DNA of 64,000 bases from a bacterium (GTDB lineage Bacteria > Patescibacteriota > Minisyncoccia > Phycocordibacterales > UBA2100): positions 65,368 to 129,367 of the forward strand of contig RFQR01000002.1 of assembly GCA_009924895.1 (NCBI GenBank), given 5' to 3'. The translations under genes and the position numbers were made by a program. Shown here one piece after another: positions 38,779 through 48,786 of the stretch; position 1 is the stretch's first letter; each line of letters begins with the position of its first letter. The notes beneath the pieces are model-generated. The model saw nothing but the letters and a program-made list of their open reading frames with translations, searched no databases and was not told where the DNA came from.

Positions 38779-38833
38779 CTTAGTCTCCTTTGCAGACTAA
38801 AATTATTTTACCACAAAAATATATTTTTACAAG

Positions 38834-40732
38834 CTAAATCGTCACAATTACTGGAATCACAATTGGTCGCTTCATGGTGCGGGCGAGGAGGAATTGTGCA
38901 ACTGCATCAGAGAGGTCATCGCGAGCGCGGTCAGCATCGACGCGAGGGTTTCGGAGCGACGCTTCGACACTCTTACGAACAATGAGTCGTGTTTGATCCA
39001 TAAGGTCTTTGTTGTCACGCAAGTACACAAAGCCGCGAGAAATGATGTCAGGAGATTTGTGCAAGCGCCCAGTGCGGCGGTCTACCGTTGCCACGACGAC
39101 ACAAAAACCGTCTTGCCCGAGCGCTTTGCGATCACGCATCAGGACTTCTGAAATTTCAGAAACGACATTTCCTTCCACAACATGCAGTGCTACCGGCGCC
39201 TTATGCTGAGTCATATGGATTTTCTGTCCGTCAACGATTTCTATAACGGCACTATTGTCAGGAATGACGATATGATTTTTGGGCATACCTAATTCATGGG
39301 CAACATTTCCGTGCTCACGGAGCATGTAGTGATAGCCGTGCACAGGAATAAAGAATTTTGGACGAACTTGTTTGTGAATCCACACTGCCTCTTCACGATT
39401 ACCGTGACCCGATGCGTGCACGTCCGATGCGTGATACGTGATTATTTTTGCCCCTTGGCGCGAAAGATTATCCTTCAACTTCTGCACTGCACGTTCGTTA
39501 CCAGGAATAACCGACGAAGAGAGCACGATCGTATCGCTCGGCTGCAAGCGGATATATTTGTGGCTCTTGTTACCGATGCGAGCGAGGGACGCGAATTCGT
39601 CACCTTGAGCGCCCGTTGCGAGAATAACTAATTTTTCGGGAGGATACTCAGGAATTGCTTCTACCGGTATCACCGTTTCATCTTTGTACTTAATCAATCC
39701 AAGTTCGCGTGCAATTTCGATGTTGGTGCGCATCGATCGGCCGTCAATAACGATTCGTTTGCCATGATCCTCAGCAAATTTCACCACACGAATGAGTCGC
39801 TCGAGGTGTGAAGCAAACATCGCGATAATAAGTCGTCCGTCAGTCTCACGAACAATCTTTTCAAGCGTTGTATATACATTTTTTTCTGGAATGGAGAAGC
39901 CGGGCTGCCAGACGTTGGTCGAATCCATAAGAAGGCAGAGCACAGTGCGGTCCTTGAAGATACCGAACTCGCGTTTTTCTTCATCAGACGGTTCGCCATC
40001 GTCGTGCGAGAGCTTGATGTCACCGGTAAAGACAACATCACCCCACGCCGTCTCAATGATGATACCCATCGAATCAGGGACGGTGTGCGTGACGCCAAAA
40101 AAGCGCACGGTGTGATTTCCTAGTTTCAATACTTCATCTCGCTCGACTTCGCGAATAGTGACAGGCGCGGTCATAGCAAATTCTTCTTGGCGTTTCTTGA
40201 TCATCATGCCCGTGAGGCGGCGCGTGTAAATCATTGGATTACCAATACGGTCGATGATGAACGGAATCCCGCCGATGTGGTCCAAGTGACCGTGTGAAAT
40301 AAGAAGTCCGCGAATACGATCTCGATTTTCTTCAAGATATCCGGTATTCGGAAGAATGTAATCAATACCGGGCGTATCGTCTTCTTTGAATTGAAATCCG
40401 CAATCGAGCACATAAATGTCGTTACCGATTTCAATTGCGGTCATGTTGCGGCCGATTTCCTCGACGCCGCCCAAAGGAATAATGCGCACGACGCCTTCGG
40501 CAACGGGTGGGACGATGACGCGGCGTTCGCCGGTCTCGCGAGCAGGCTGGTGTTCAAGATGCATTTTTCCGCGGCGCTTTGGCGGGCGCGATCCTCCCAT
40601 GGGGCGGCGGCCAGAGGGGTGAGGGCGCGCATGTCCGGCGCCGTGTGGAGAGCGCTGTGGGGGACGAGGCCCCCGTGGTCGAAACGGGCCGCGTGCAGGA
40701 CGCGGTGCATTATTATCTGATGATTGCGGCAT
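38834..40732 (-). CDS. rnj: Ribonuclease J
   Basis: PLGGVEEIGRNM, SHGHLDHIG, TGD.K, DSTN, HASGH, PVHG; Arg/Pro-rich N-terminal extension. Confidence 0.95.
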   Translation of the reverse strand: MPQSSDNNAPRPARGPFRPRGPRPPQRSPHGAGHARPHPSGRRPMGGSRPPKRRGKMHLEHQPARETGERRVIVPPVAEGVVRIIPLGGVEEIGRNMTAIEIGNDIYVLDCGFQFKEDDTPGIDYILPNTGYLEENRDRIRGLLISHGHLDHIGGIPFIIDRIGNPMIYTRRLTGMMIKKRQEEFAMTAPVTIREVERDEVLKLGNHTVRFFGVTHTVPDSMGIIIETAWGDVVFTGDIKLSHDDGEPSDEEKREFGIFKDRTVLCLLMDSTNVWQPGFSIPEKNVYTTLEKIVRETDGRLIIAMFASHLERLIRVVKFAEDHGKRIVIDGRSMRTNIEIARELGLIKYKDETVIPVEAIPEYPPEKLVILATGAQGDEFASLARIGNKSHKYIRLQPSDTIVLSSSVIPGNERAVQKLKDNLSRQGAKIITYHASDVHASGHGNREEAVWIHKQVRPKFFIPVHGYHYMLREHGNVAHELGMPKNHIVIPDNSAVIEIVDGQKIHMTQHKAPVALHVVEGNVVSEISEVLMRDRKALGQDGFCVVVATVDRRTGRLHKSPDIISRGFVYLRDNKDLMDQTRLIVRKSVEASLRNPRVDADRARDDLSDAVAQFLLARTMKRPIVIPVIVTI

Positions 40733-40778
40733 AGCGTAGAAACGGTAGTTACGTAGTTATCTTACTAATGAATACTAA

Positions 40779-42563
40779 TTAAAGAGTCAAATCTTGTGCC
40801 TTGGTGAAAATCGTCCACACACGCTCGGTTGTGGTATACCACTCGTACACATTTGAGAAGCGATCCGAGGGGTCTCCGATGTGGGAGAGGCGTACGCCTT
40901 TGACATCTGTAGGTATAGCATAAGAAAACGTTGGTGCAAAGAGGAAGACAGCAGGTACTTCTTTTTGCAGAAGCGAAGCAAACGAACTGTAGAGCGCATC
41001 TCGCTCTTTTCTATTACTCGATGAGCGCGCTTTGGTAAGGAGAGAATCAGCCGTACTGTTTGCAAACAGTGAAAGATTGAGCCCAGGATCCTGGCGTTCT
41101 TTTGAATGCCAAAATGCATAGAGGTCGAGTGTTCTTCCCACGACTTCGCCAAAAAGAAGCACATCATAATTGCGTGGACGAATGACGTTCGTGTTGAATT
41201 CGGTTATGTCATGCAACCGCACTTCAGTCGGCACGCCAAGCGTGCGCCACGTTGCGGCGACAAAATCAGCGGTCTCGCGCAGTTCGGGCGTGTCCGCAGT
41301 ATCTATCGAAATCGAAAGCGTCTTTTTATTCTTACTCCACGTTTTTTCTTGATCATCAAATTTCCATCCGGCTTTTTGTAATGCTGAGTGCATCTCTTCA
41401 ATCGAGGAAGTGCTTGAGACATACGGTTGTTGGGGCACAAATGGCGTGTTGAGTGGAACTGCATATCCCTTGAGTACGGTCATGACGAGCGCTTCTTTGT
41501 CGATGACGTCGTTGAGCGCTTGCCGTACCGCGCTGTCGGCAAGAACGGGAGCGTGACTTTGGTTGAAAAAGAGACCAAAGACGCGCGGGAGCGCAGTAGT
41601 GTAGAGCGTACTTCCATTCCAGGTGCTTGAGGCGAGTGTTTGTGGGGAGAGGCCGCCAAGTGAATCAATGGTTCCCGCCGCATGCGCATTTTTCAGAGAC
41701 CGTTCGTTGTCGAAAAAGAGCGCAGTAATACTCTGAAGATACGGCGCACCCAAGGTAAATCGAGAAAATGGCTGAAGCACATACTGAGTAACTGCTCCGC
41801 TTGAGTCGGTTTCGGCAGACTTGATTTCAAAGGGACCCGAGCCTACTGGTTCAGTATTGAGGGGGCTAAATGCAAACTCGTTTGCTTTCACGCCCTCCCA
41901 GACCCTGCGCGGAATAATACCGATAGTAGTGTTTTCAAGAAATGGCGCATACGGTTTCGGAAGCGTGAAGGTGATGGTGCGAGCATTTGAGGTGACCTCA
42001 ACTCCTTCCCAGTCAGCGCGGTGCGGTGAACGAACTTCAGGATTTTTTATCATGGCGATGGTGTAGAGCACATCGTCCGGAGTCATGAGTGTCCCATCAT
42101 GAAATCGCGCATCATCGCGCAAGGTAAATGTATATGTTGTACCATCAGGCGATATTGAATAGTCAGTGGCGAGGTCAGGAATGAGCGTACCGTCAGGTGT
42201 CGCGCGCATGAGGCCCGAAAATACGAGGCGCGAGAGATCAAGATCGGTTTGAGAGATTGCAAGTACGGGGTTTACAAAACGGGGTGCACCAATGAATCCT
42301 TCGGTTATAGCGCCACCTTGTGCTGGCACCGTGACTGAAAACGCATCGTTCGTATATCCGAGTATGGCGAGTGTCGAGAGACCGAGCGCGACAGAGCACG
42401 CATACAGAATAAGGCGTTCTGCCGGTGAAAAGCGCACGAGCAAATCTTCTGCGTAGCGTAAACTGCCCGCAGGCCGCATACGCAGCAGTATCTCGCGCCA
42501 TGACGGTGGCGTTGAAGCAGGATCAGGAGATGAAGGTGTATCAAAAACAGGCATGCGGTGCAT
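40779..42563 (-). CDS. Peptide ABC transporter substrate-binding protein (family 5)
   Basis: PDLA..Y.IS.DG.TYTF.LR....FHDG, PVGSGPF, VRQAL...ID; N-terminal TM. Confidence 0.9.
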   Translation of the reverse strand: MHRMPVFDTPSSPDPASTPPSWREILLRMRPAGSLRYAEDLLVRFSPAERLILYACSVALGLSTLAILGYTNDAFSVTVPAQGGAITEGFIGAPRFVNPVLAISQTDLDLSRLVFSGLMRATPDGTLIPDLATDYSISPDGTTYTFTLRDDARFHDGTLMTPDDVLYTIAMIKNPEVRSPHRADWEGVEVTSNARTITFTLPKPYAPFLENTTIGIIPRRVWEGVKANEFAFSPLNTEPVGSGPFEIKSAETDSSGAVTQYVLQPFSRFTLGAPYLQSITALFFDNERSLKNAHAAGTIDSLGGLSPQTLASSTWNGSTLYTTALPRVFGLFFNQSHAPVLADSAVRQALNDVIDKEALVMTVLKGYAVPLNTPFVPQQPYVSSTSSIEEMHSALQKAGWKFDDQEKTWSKNKKTLSISIDTADTPELRETADFVAATWRTLGVPTEVRLHDITEFNTNVIRPRNYDVLLFGEVVGRTLDLYAFWHSKERQDPGLNLSLFANSTADSLLTKARSSSNRKERDALYSSFASLLQKEVPAVFLFAPTFSYAIPTDVKGVRLSHIGDPSDRFSNVYEWYTTTERVWTIFTKAQDLTL

Positions 42564-42595
42564 GCAGGTTGGTGCGAGAGTCGCATCAACGTGCG

Positions 42596-42829
42596 TTATC
42601 GAATAATGAGAGTTACCAAGGCAGACAGCGCAAACAGAATGCCAAGTACAATGGTAGCGCGGAAGAGGAATCGTTCCAACCCCCTTCGGGTGTGGAAACC
42701 TGAACTAAAGTTATCAGCACCAAACGCGCCTCCCAAAGAAGCGCCCGTGCGCTGCAAAACAATAGTGACGATAATCGCGATAGAAAGCGCAAGTTGTATA
42801 TACGGAAGTACCTGAAGGAAATAGTTCAT
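42596..42829 (-). CDS. secG: Preprotein translocase subunit SecG
   Basis: Two TMs linked by LQ..G..LGGAFG...RRGLE. Confidence 0.9.
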   Translation of the reverse strand: MNYFLQVLPYIQLALSIAIIVTIVLQRTGASLGGAFGADNFSSGFHTRRGLERFLFRATIVLGILFALSALVTLIIR

Positions 42830-42906
42830 ATGGCCCGTAGTATAGCCCTAAAAAGGGGGGTTGAGTACCTTGACTTTTTAACATTTTAGAGTATAATTGT
42901 CAAATC

Positions 42907-43602
42907 ATGGATCTGCCTACCCCCGTACAAACAGTATCGAGACAGAAGCCCCCTCAGACCGTATTTTTCGCTGTCGTTGTTATCTTTTTTGTACTCGGAC
43001 TCTCCGCTGCACATTCGATTGGTTTTGTGCCGTACTATCTCGATGGCTCTGCGCCCCGCGATGGTTCGGTTGCGCTACAATCTCTCCCTGAACTAACTGA
43101 TACCGTAACTCCAGCTTCGGGTACGGAAATGAAACCAAACGTACAGAGCACAAATGAAAAACCGGTATACCCGACACGACTGCGCATCTCTGCCATCAAT
43201 CTCGACGTACCGATTGTAAATCCTGACACCCGTGACATCGCGGCTCTCGATGAGTACTTGGCAAAGGCACCGGTACGGTATGTAGACTCAGCGCGTCTTG
43301 CGGAAGATGGAAATATATTAATTTTTGGACACTCATCGCACCTCGCAGTTGTGCACAATCAGATGTACAAAGTATTCAATGGACTTCCTGAACTTTCAGC
43401 GGGGGACATGATTACGCTCACCGGAGATGGAAATGATTACCTCTACCGCATCTCAAATGTTCGCAAAACTGACGCCAATGAAGAGGTGATTGATCTTTCA
43501 AAGAAAAATGGTCGCCGTCTCACTATTTCCACCTGCGACAACTTTGGTGCAAAAACATCGCGATGGGTCGTTGAGGCTGAGTACGTAGGAATGGCACCAT
43601 AG
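42907..43602 (+). CDS. Sortase
   Basis: N-terminal TM; RLRI..I.LD, N..IFGHS (His), F..L..L..GD.I, LTISTC (Cys), R.VV (Arg); promoter TTGACT-16-TATAAT at 42870-42897. Confidence 0.9.
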   Translation: MDLPTPVQTVSRQKPPQTVFFAVVVIFFVLGLSAAHSIGFVPYYLDGSAPRDGSVALQSLPELTDTVTPASGTEMKPNVQSTNEKPVYPTRLRISAINLDVPIVNPDTRDIAALDEYLAKAPVRYVDSARLAEDGNILIFGHSSHLAVVHNQMYKVFNGLPELSAGDMITLTGDGNDYLYRISNVRKTDANEEVIDLSKKNGRRLTISTCDNFGAKTSRWVVEAEYVGMAP

Positions 43603-43716
43603 CAGTGATATCGCAGGCGATTTCACGACATCTTGACAAATTGTCAATTTTTGATATAGTCCAAAAAGTCCTCAACCTCTCAACCAAAGCCCAATAGGGC
43701 GGAAAGGATAGATCAC

Positions 43717-43962
43717 ATGCAGTACCTTCTGGGTGCATTGGTCGCTCTTGTTGGCTCGGCACTGCTCTTCAGTGGTGTCGTGCAAGTGACGTTTGACACG
43801 GCGAGAATTCGAAATCTCGCTCCGGCAAACGCCGCGCCCGTCGCGACTGAGAGGGTCACGATGGATTCCTGCACGCATGCCGGCAAAACCGGCGTCTACG
43901 TGTTCAAGCCCCGCGCAGGCGGCGGTGAGGACCGGTTCTGCCGTGTTCCAAATCCGAAGTGA
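43717..43962 (+). CDS. Small membrane-anchored/secreted orphan protein
   Basis: Promoter TTGACA-16-TATAGT (43633-43660), AAGGA RBS, N-terminal hydrophobic segment, hairpin 43973-44004. Confidence 0.6.
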   Translation: MQYLLGALVALVGSALLFSGVVQVTFDTARIRNLAPANAAPVATERVTMDSCTHAGKTGVYVFKPRAGGGEDRFCRVPNPK

Positions 43963-44019
43963 GCGCGGCCTATGGAAATGAGGTGGTGCAGCACCTCATT
44001 TCCAAACTTTTTAATTCTT

Positions 44020-45051
44020 ATGAAGAACGAAAAGAACATTATACTTTTGATACTTGGCATGGCTCTCGTGCCGCTTTTTGTTTTTGCACAAGAATACACG
44101 GATTACCCAGCTCCGTATACTGATTATCCTGCAAGTAATGACAGCTCTGCCACCTATACTGATTACCCAGCACCCTATACAGACAATCCAGCACCTTATA
44201 CTGACTATACAACAAACAACGACGTTCCGGCTCAGTACACCGACTACCCAGCGCCTTATACTGACCATGCTGCAAACAACGACGTTCTTGCGTCTTATAC
44301 GGATTACCCAGCTCCGTATACTGATTATCCTGTGTCAGGCTACACGGATTACCCGGCTCTCTATACTGACCATGGCACGTCGGGTTACACCGATTACCCG
44401 GCACCTTATGGTGATGTGAGCGTGCGCAACTACCAAGGTCAGACCGATTATTATCCATACTACGGTGGAACCGGTTACAGTGGGGTGGGTGGTTATTCAG
44501 GCCATTCCTATTATTCTTCAGGCGGATCTATTGGAGGATACTCGCGCGGTATTTCAGGTGGCGGAATGATCGGTGGATACGGCGGTACTTACGGTGGTGG
44601 TTATACCGTTGGTGAGGGGTATACAGGTGGCGGTGGCCGCTGTATTGCAAACTGTCAACCGCCACGTTCAGGCACTGGTGTTGGCTTTGATTATGCACCG
44701 TATCACACCGGATATACCTCATATGGTTCTGGCGTCGGATATAGCGCATCAGTGGGTTCGGTATATGCGCCCTATACCTCAGGCACAATGAACTACGTTG
44801 CTTCGGTCAATGCACCGTCTGTCCCATCGACCTATTCAGCGACGGCGTATACTAGTGATTACAGTGAATTCGAATACGGTAATCAGGGGGAAAGACATGG
44901 TGGCCAGTACTTATCTCTTTCGCAGATTCCCTACACGGGTATCGATGTTGACCCCGTAGTACAAGGCGTGATCTTGGTCGCCTGGTTTGCAATTGTGCTC
45001 GTAGTTTTGATTCGCGCGATGCTTAAATACGCTGAGAGTGCGTATCAGTAG
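44020..45051 (+). CDS. Secreted YTDYPAP-repeat protein with LSQIPYTG sorting signal
   Basis: Signal peptide (VFA|Q), about a dozen YTDx(P/A) repeats, Gly/Tyr-rich region, IPYTG + TM + short tail. Confidence 0.85.
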   Translation: MKNEKNIILLILGMALVPLFVFAQEYTDYPAPYTDYPASNDSSATYTDYPAPYTDNPAPYTDYTTNNDVPAQYTDYPAPYTDHAANNDVLASYTDYPAPYTDYPVSGYTDYPALYTDHGTSGYTDYPAPYGDVSVRNYQGQTDYYPYYGGTGYSGVGGYSGHSYYSSGGSIGGYSRGISGGGMIGGYGGTYGGGYTVGEGYTGGGGRCIANCQPPRSGTGVGFDYAPYHTGYTSYGSGVGYSASVGSVYAPYTSGTMNYVASVNAPSVPSTYSATAYTSDYSEFEYGNQGERHGGQYLSLSQIPYTGIDVDPVVQGVILVAWFAIVLVVLIRAMLKYAESAYQ

Positions 45052-45113
45052 TACTACTCTGAATACACAGGAGGGCTTAGGGAAAAAGAAAATGGCTGGT
45101 ATACTAATCCATA

Positions 45114-46130
45114 ATGGATGAGTCACTTGCTAAACCCAAGAAAAATGGGAAGCAAAACGAAAGATTGCGGCCTATAAACCGTGGTTTGAGAAATGCCTTG
45201 GCAGCTCTCGTGACGCTCGTACCCACTGTAGTTGATGCACAGCAGCCATCTCAAAATACTCGTGATTTAACACGAAGACATGCTGCTCCAGGTATCGATA
45301 GGCCATTAACCCTCCAAAAGCCACTGTCCGGCCCGGATACTCTCAGTTTGCAAGAACTAGTAGCAAATGATCGCTTCTATTCCTACGATACCGTGCATTC
45401 TAAAGAGTGGATAAGATTTCTCGGGCCTTTTTTTGCACCATCTTCTGGTGGTGGCGGTGACGTGAGTAAATGGCCCGCTGTGCCCGTCAATGCCCCGAGA
45501 ATCGATGGGAACGGTTATCAGTATTTGAATGTAATTCCACGCCCTGGCGGTAATGTTCTGAGTACGGCTACTGCGTTTATGTCCACCATCGGCCAGGATT
45601 TGCAAAATGGATTTTTAGAGCAAGGTATTAATATAACTGAAAAACCTGCACCGTTAACGCCGCCTTTCGATGCTGCCCCTAAGTTGGAACGAAAGCATAT
45701 TGCACGCTCGGGGGATGTGGTGCCAGTCACGACGTTAGGGTATCGGTTTAATCCTGAAAATGGTAAATGGGTTCCGGATGCGCATTATGGTATTGCCCGA
45801 CGTCTTGGTGCAAACACCAGACTTTATAATACAGTTCGTGACAGTATTGTTCTTTCTGCAAAGATGGAAGACCCTGCAAAAATAAAAATGTTAGAGCAAT
45901 TTCTTAAAATGAGTTACGTGATGAGGGTTGATGCGTCACCAGATCAGGCGGTCCAGGATTTAGTTGCAACCGGTGCGCCAGTTATTACAACTGAGAAAGC
46001 GAATCTTCCCAACCCACAAGCAACCTTTGGCTGGTTTGGGGTGGCAAATCAGAAAATTCAGGTCGGAAAGCATACTTTTTTGCTCATACAAGGACCCGAG
46101 GTTCTCAAAAGGTCAGTTATTGAGTGGTAG
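45114..46130 (+). CDS. Hypothetical exported protein
   Basis: Basic N-region plus hydrophobic ALAALVTLV..VDA; TATACT 7 nt before the ATG. Confidence 0.6.
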   Translation: MDESLAKPKKNGKQNERLRPINRGLRNALAALVTLVPTVVDAQQPSQNTRDLTRRHAAPGIDRPLTLQKPLSGPDTLSLQELVANDRFYSYDTVHSKEWIRFLGPFFAPSSGGGGDVSKWPAVPVNAPRIDGNGYQYLNVIPRPGGNVLSTATAFMSTIGQDLQNGFLEQGINITEKPAPLTPPFDAAPKLERKHIARSGDVVPVTTLGYRFNPENGKWVPDAHYGIARRLGANTRLYNTVRDSIVLSAKMEDPAKIKMLEQFLKMSYVMRVDASPDQAVQDLVATGAPVITTEKANLPNPQATFGWFGVANQKIQVGKHTFLLIQGPEVLKRSVIEW

Positions 46131-46291
46131 GGAGGAGGTATTGACTTTTAATTAATTATGTGCTAACATTTTATTAGAGGCGAAATCCTCCTGGTCTTTT
46201 ACAGCACTATGAACTGGATCACTTTTTGAACATAAGTGAAGGTGTGTGCAAAACGTGACCCAGTTCACCAACCGGCAACCCAGGAGATCTA

Positions 46292-46543
46292 ATGGTCCGG
46301 CTGTTCGCTAGCATCGCACTGCTCGCAACCGTGTGCGTAAACACGGTCAATGCAACTGCGTCAGCTGTCAGCTGCCCGGAAAGGCATGTCTGCATCGGCG
46401 ACAAAGCGCTTCCCATGCGGACCCCGAGAGAGGTTCGTACTTTGCAGAACACCGACAAGATGAAATGCACTGGGCGGTGGAAGGAGCGAGTGCTCAACCT
46501 GCCGGGTGGCCTCAAGCGTCACCAGGGGCGCTGCGTTCACTAA
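46292..46543 (+). CDS. Small secreted Cys-containing protein
   Basis: AGGAG RBS, signal peptide, 4 Cys in the mature part, GC-rich hairpin downstream. Confidence 0.6.
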   Translation: MVRLFASIALLATVCVNTVNATASAVSCPERHVCIGDKALPMRTPREVRTLQNTDKMKCTGRWKERVLNLPGGLKRHQGRCVH

Positions 46544-46683
46544 CGCGGCTGCATTGCGGCGCGAGGCGTCCTTCTCCGGACGCCTCGTGCTGAACTTCTT
46601 GAACACAAACTTGACATTTTATCAAAATTAGTGTAGGTTACTGCATTATTCACTCATTACCACTGTTCGCACCACTTAATTTT

Positions 46684-48569
46684 ATGAACACAAAAAACAT
46701 TGCTTCTGTGCTTGTTCTCTCTCTCATTCTTTTTGGGGGCTTTTTTGTTGCTACTACTCACGCACAGGAGGACGGTGGTTGGACTGACTACGGTGTGACA
46801 GATTTTGACGGAGGATATGACGGCGTCGACTGGGGTACTATTTCACGCGGCTCGCTAAAAGATTCAACAGGTTGGACCGATTACGGTGTTACTGGCGGCA
46901 TTGGTTGGACAGATTATGGAGTGACTGGAGATACCAGTTGGACTGACTATGGTGTTACTGGCGATACCGTTTGGACATTGGTTGGACAGATTATGGAGTG
47001 ACTGGAGATACCAGTTGGACTGACTATGGTGTTACTGGCGATACCGTTTGGACCGACTACGGTGTTACTGACGGCACTGGTTGGAAAGATTATGGAGTGA
47101 GTGGTGGTTATTCAACCCCCGCATATTCATCCGGCTATTCATATGGCGGTGGTTACTCTACCGGCGGTAGTTACAGCACGGGTCGCTCTTCAGGTGTCGG
47201 CTACACTGGCGGTGTTGGATACACCGGTGGTGTTGGCTACACAGGAGGAGTTGGCTACAACGGCGGTGTTGGATACACGGGTGGTGTCGGTTACAGCGGC
47301 GGTGTTGGATACACTGGCGGCGTAACATACTCTCCCGTTACCTACGTTACTCCACAGCCTCCCGTCGTCTACCCTCCAAATCCTCAGCCTCCTGTTGTTC
47401 GTCCTGCTCCTTCATGCCAAATCTACCAAGCACTTGCGAGCGGTAACAACAGCACCTTCCTCTCATGGTCGTCACAGAATGCGGTATCAGCAACTCTTAC
47501 CAACGTTGGTCAGGTGCCAGTAAACGGTTCACGAACGGTCTATGGTGCAGGTACCTATGTTCTCACGGTAAACAACGGCTACGGTCAGAATGCAAACTGT
47601 CAGGTTGTAGTACAGCCAGTCATTATTCCACCTCCTCCGGTTCCATACCCATACCCTCAACCTCAGCCTGCTCCGTACTGCTCGATTACCGTAAACTCTA
47701 CTGGCTATAATCAAGCAACACTCTCGTGGACGGCAAGTAATGCAACCTACGCATCAATCAATTCGATTGGTACTGTTCCAACCTTCGGTACGCGAGTAGT
47801 CTCTCCAAACGGCCCCATGACATACATCATGACCGTCTCCGGTCCCGGCGGCTCTAACACCTGTCAGACGACGTATAACAATCCCGTTATCTATCCTCCT
47901 GTTCTTCCTCCGCTTCCACCGGTCTATCCTCAAAACGGGTACTGTACGATTACCGCTGATCGCACCTCATTCCCTGACGGTACGGGTACGTACCTCCGCT
48001 GGAGTTCAAACGGTGCTCGAGCATTCCTCTCAGATGGCATCGGCTCGGTTGCGGCAAACGGTTCGCTCTTCGTCAATCCTGAAAGTTCTCGTACCTATAC
48101 GCTTACGGTGTACGGTCCTAACCCAGCAACTTGTGAAGTGTCAGTGCAGGTAGTTGGTCGCTCGCAGTATGTAGCTCTCTCGCAGATCCCGTACACAGGA
48201 TTCGACTACGGCCCTATCGGCAATGCGCTCTTCTGGCTCGGCCTCGTGCTCTTTGCGCTCGCTGCTGCATACCTCACAGTCTACAGTGGAGCGTTCAACC
48301 TCGCATTCGGATCAATTCAGATGCCTCGAGTTGCTCTTCCAAAGATGACCGCTCCTATGAAGCGCGCACACACAGCACCGGTGATTCTTGAAGAGAAAAT
48401 TGTTGCTCACGCAGCAAAAGCAGTAGCAGCACCCGCTGTTGTTGCCGAGGCTCCGAAAGTAGAAATTAACTTCTTGCCGACGATGCAGAGTGCTCCAGTT
48501 CGAGCAACTAAAGACACAATGACGATTGCTGAAGGTAGTGTTCCACGAATCATCATCAGTCGTTCATAA
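46684..48569 (+). CDS. Secreted WTDYGVTG/GGVGYT-repeat surface protein with three Cys-bracketed Ig-like modules and LSQIPYTG signal (split by a 77-bp duplication)
   Basis: Track ORFs 46684-47001 and 46971-48569 join into one 602-aa frame if one copy of the exact 77-bp tandem duplication is removed (1886-77=1809 nt). Confidence 0.8.
46899..47052 (+). repeat. Exact 77-bp tandem duplication
   Basis: 46899-46975 is identical to 46976-47052. Confidence 0.9.
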
Positions 48570-48613
48570 AAGAGTGTCGCCGCCATGCATCCGTAGCTCC
48601 GACGGTGAAAGTC

Positions 48614-48645
48614 AACTAAAAGCCCCCGAGAGGGGGCTTTTAGTT
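48614..48645. terminator. Bidirectional terminator
   Basis: AACTAAAAGCCCCC-GAGA-GGGGGCTTTTAGTT between convergent genes. Confidence 0.85.
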
Positions 48646-48647
48646 AG

Positions 48648-48785
48648 CTATTTCTTCTCGAGGTTTTTAAATCGTTCTTCAAGTTTCTCGTCGTACGAGT
48701 CAAATGCCTCTTTCATTTTCTGTACTGCGTATGAAAGGTCTTGTAAAGCCGTTTTAATTTTTTCGTATTGGTACGAATGACTCAT
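48648..48785 (-). CDS. Small coiled-coil protein (45 aa, not in ORF track)
   Basis: MSHSYQYEKIKTALQDLSYAVQKMKEAFDSYDEKLEERFKNLEKK; starts 1 nt after the thrS stop and ends at the terminator. Confidence 0.6.
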   Translation of the reverse strand: MSHSYQYEKIKTALQDLSYAVQKMKEAFDSYDEKLEERFKNLEKK

Positions 48786-48786
48786 A

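Noticed and set aside
46770-47330. Regularly spaced 18-30 bp DNA repeats resembling a CRISPR array
   Set aside because: They are in-frame peptide repeats varying at third codon positions, with no unique spacers and no cas genes. The same applies to 44090-44410.
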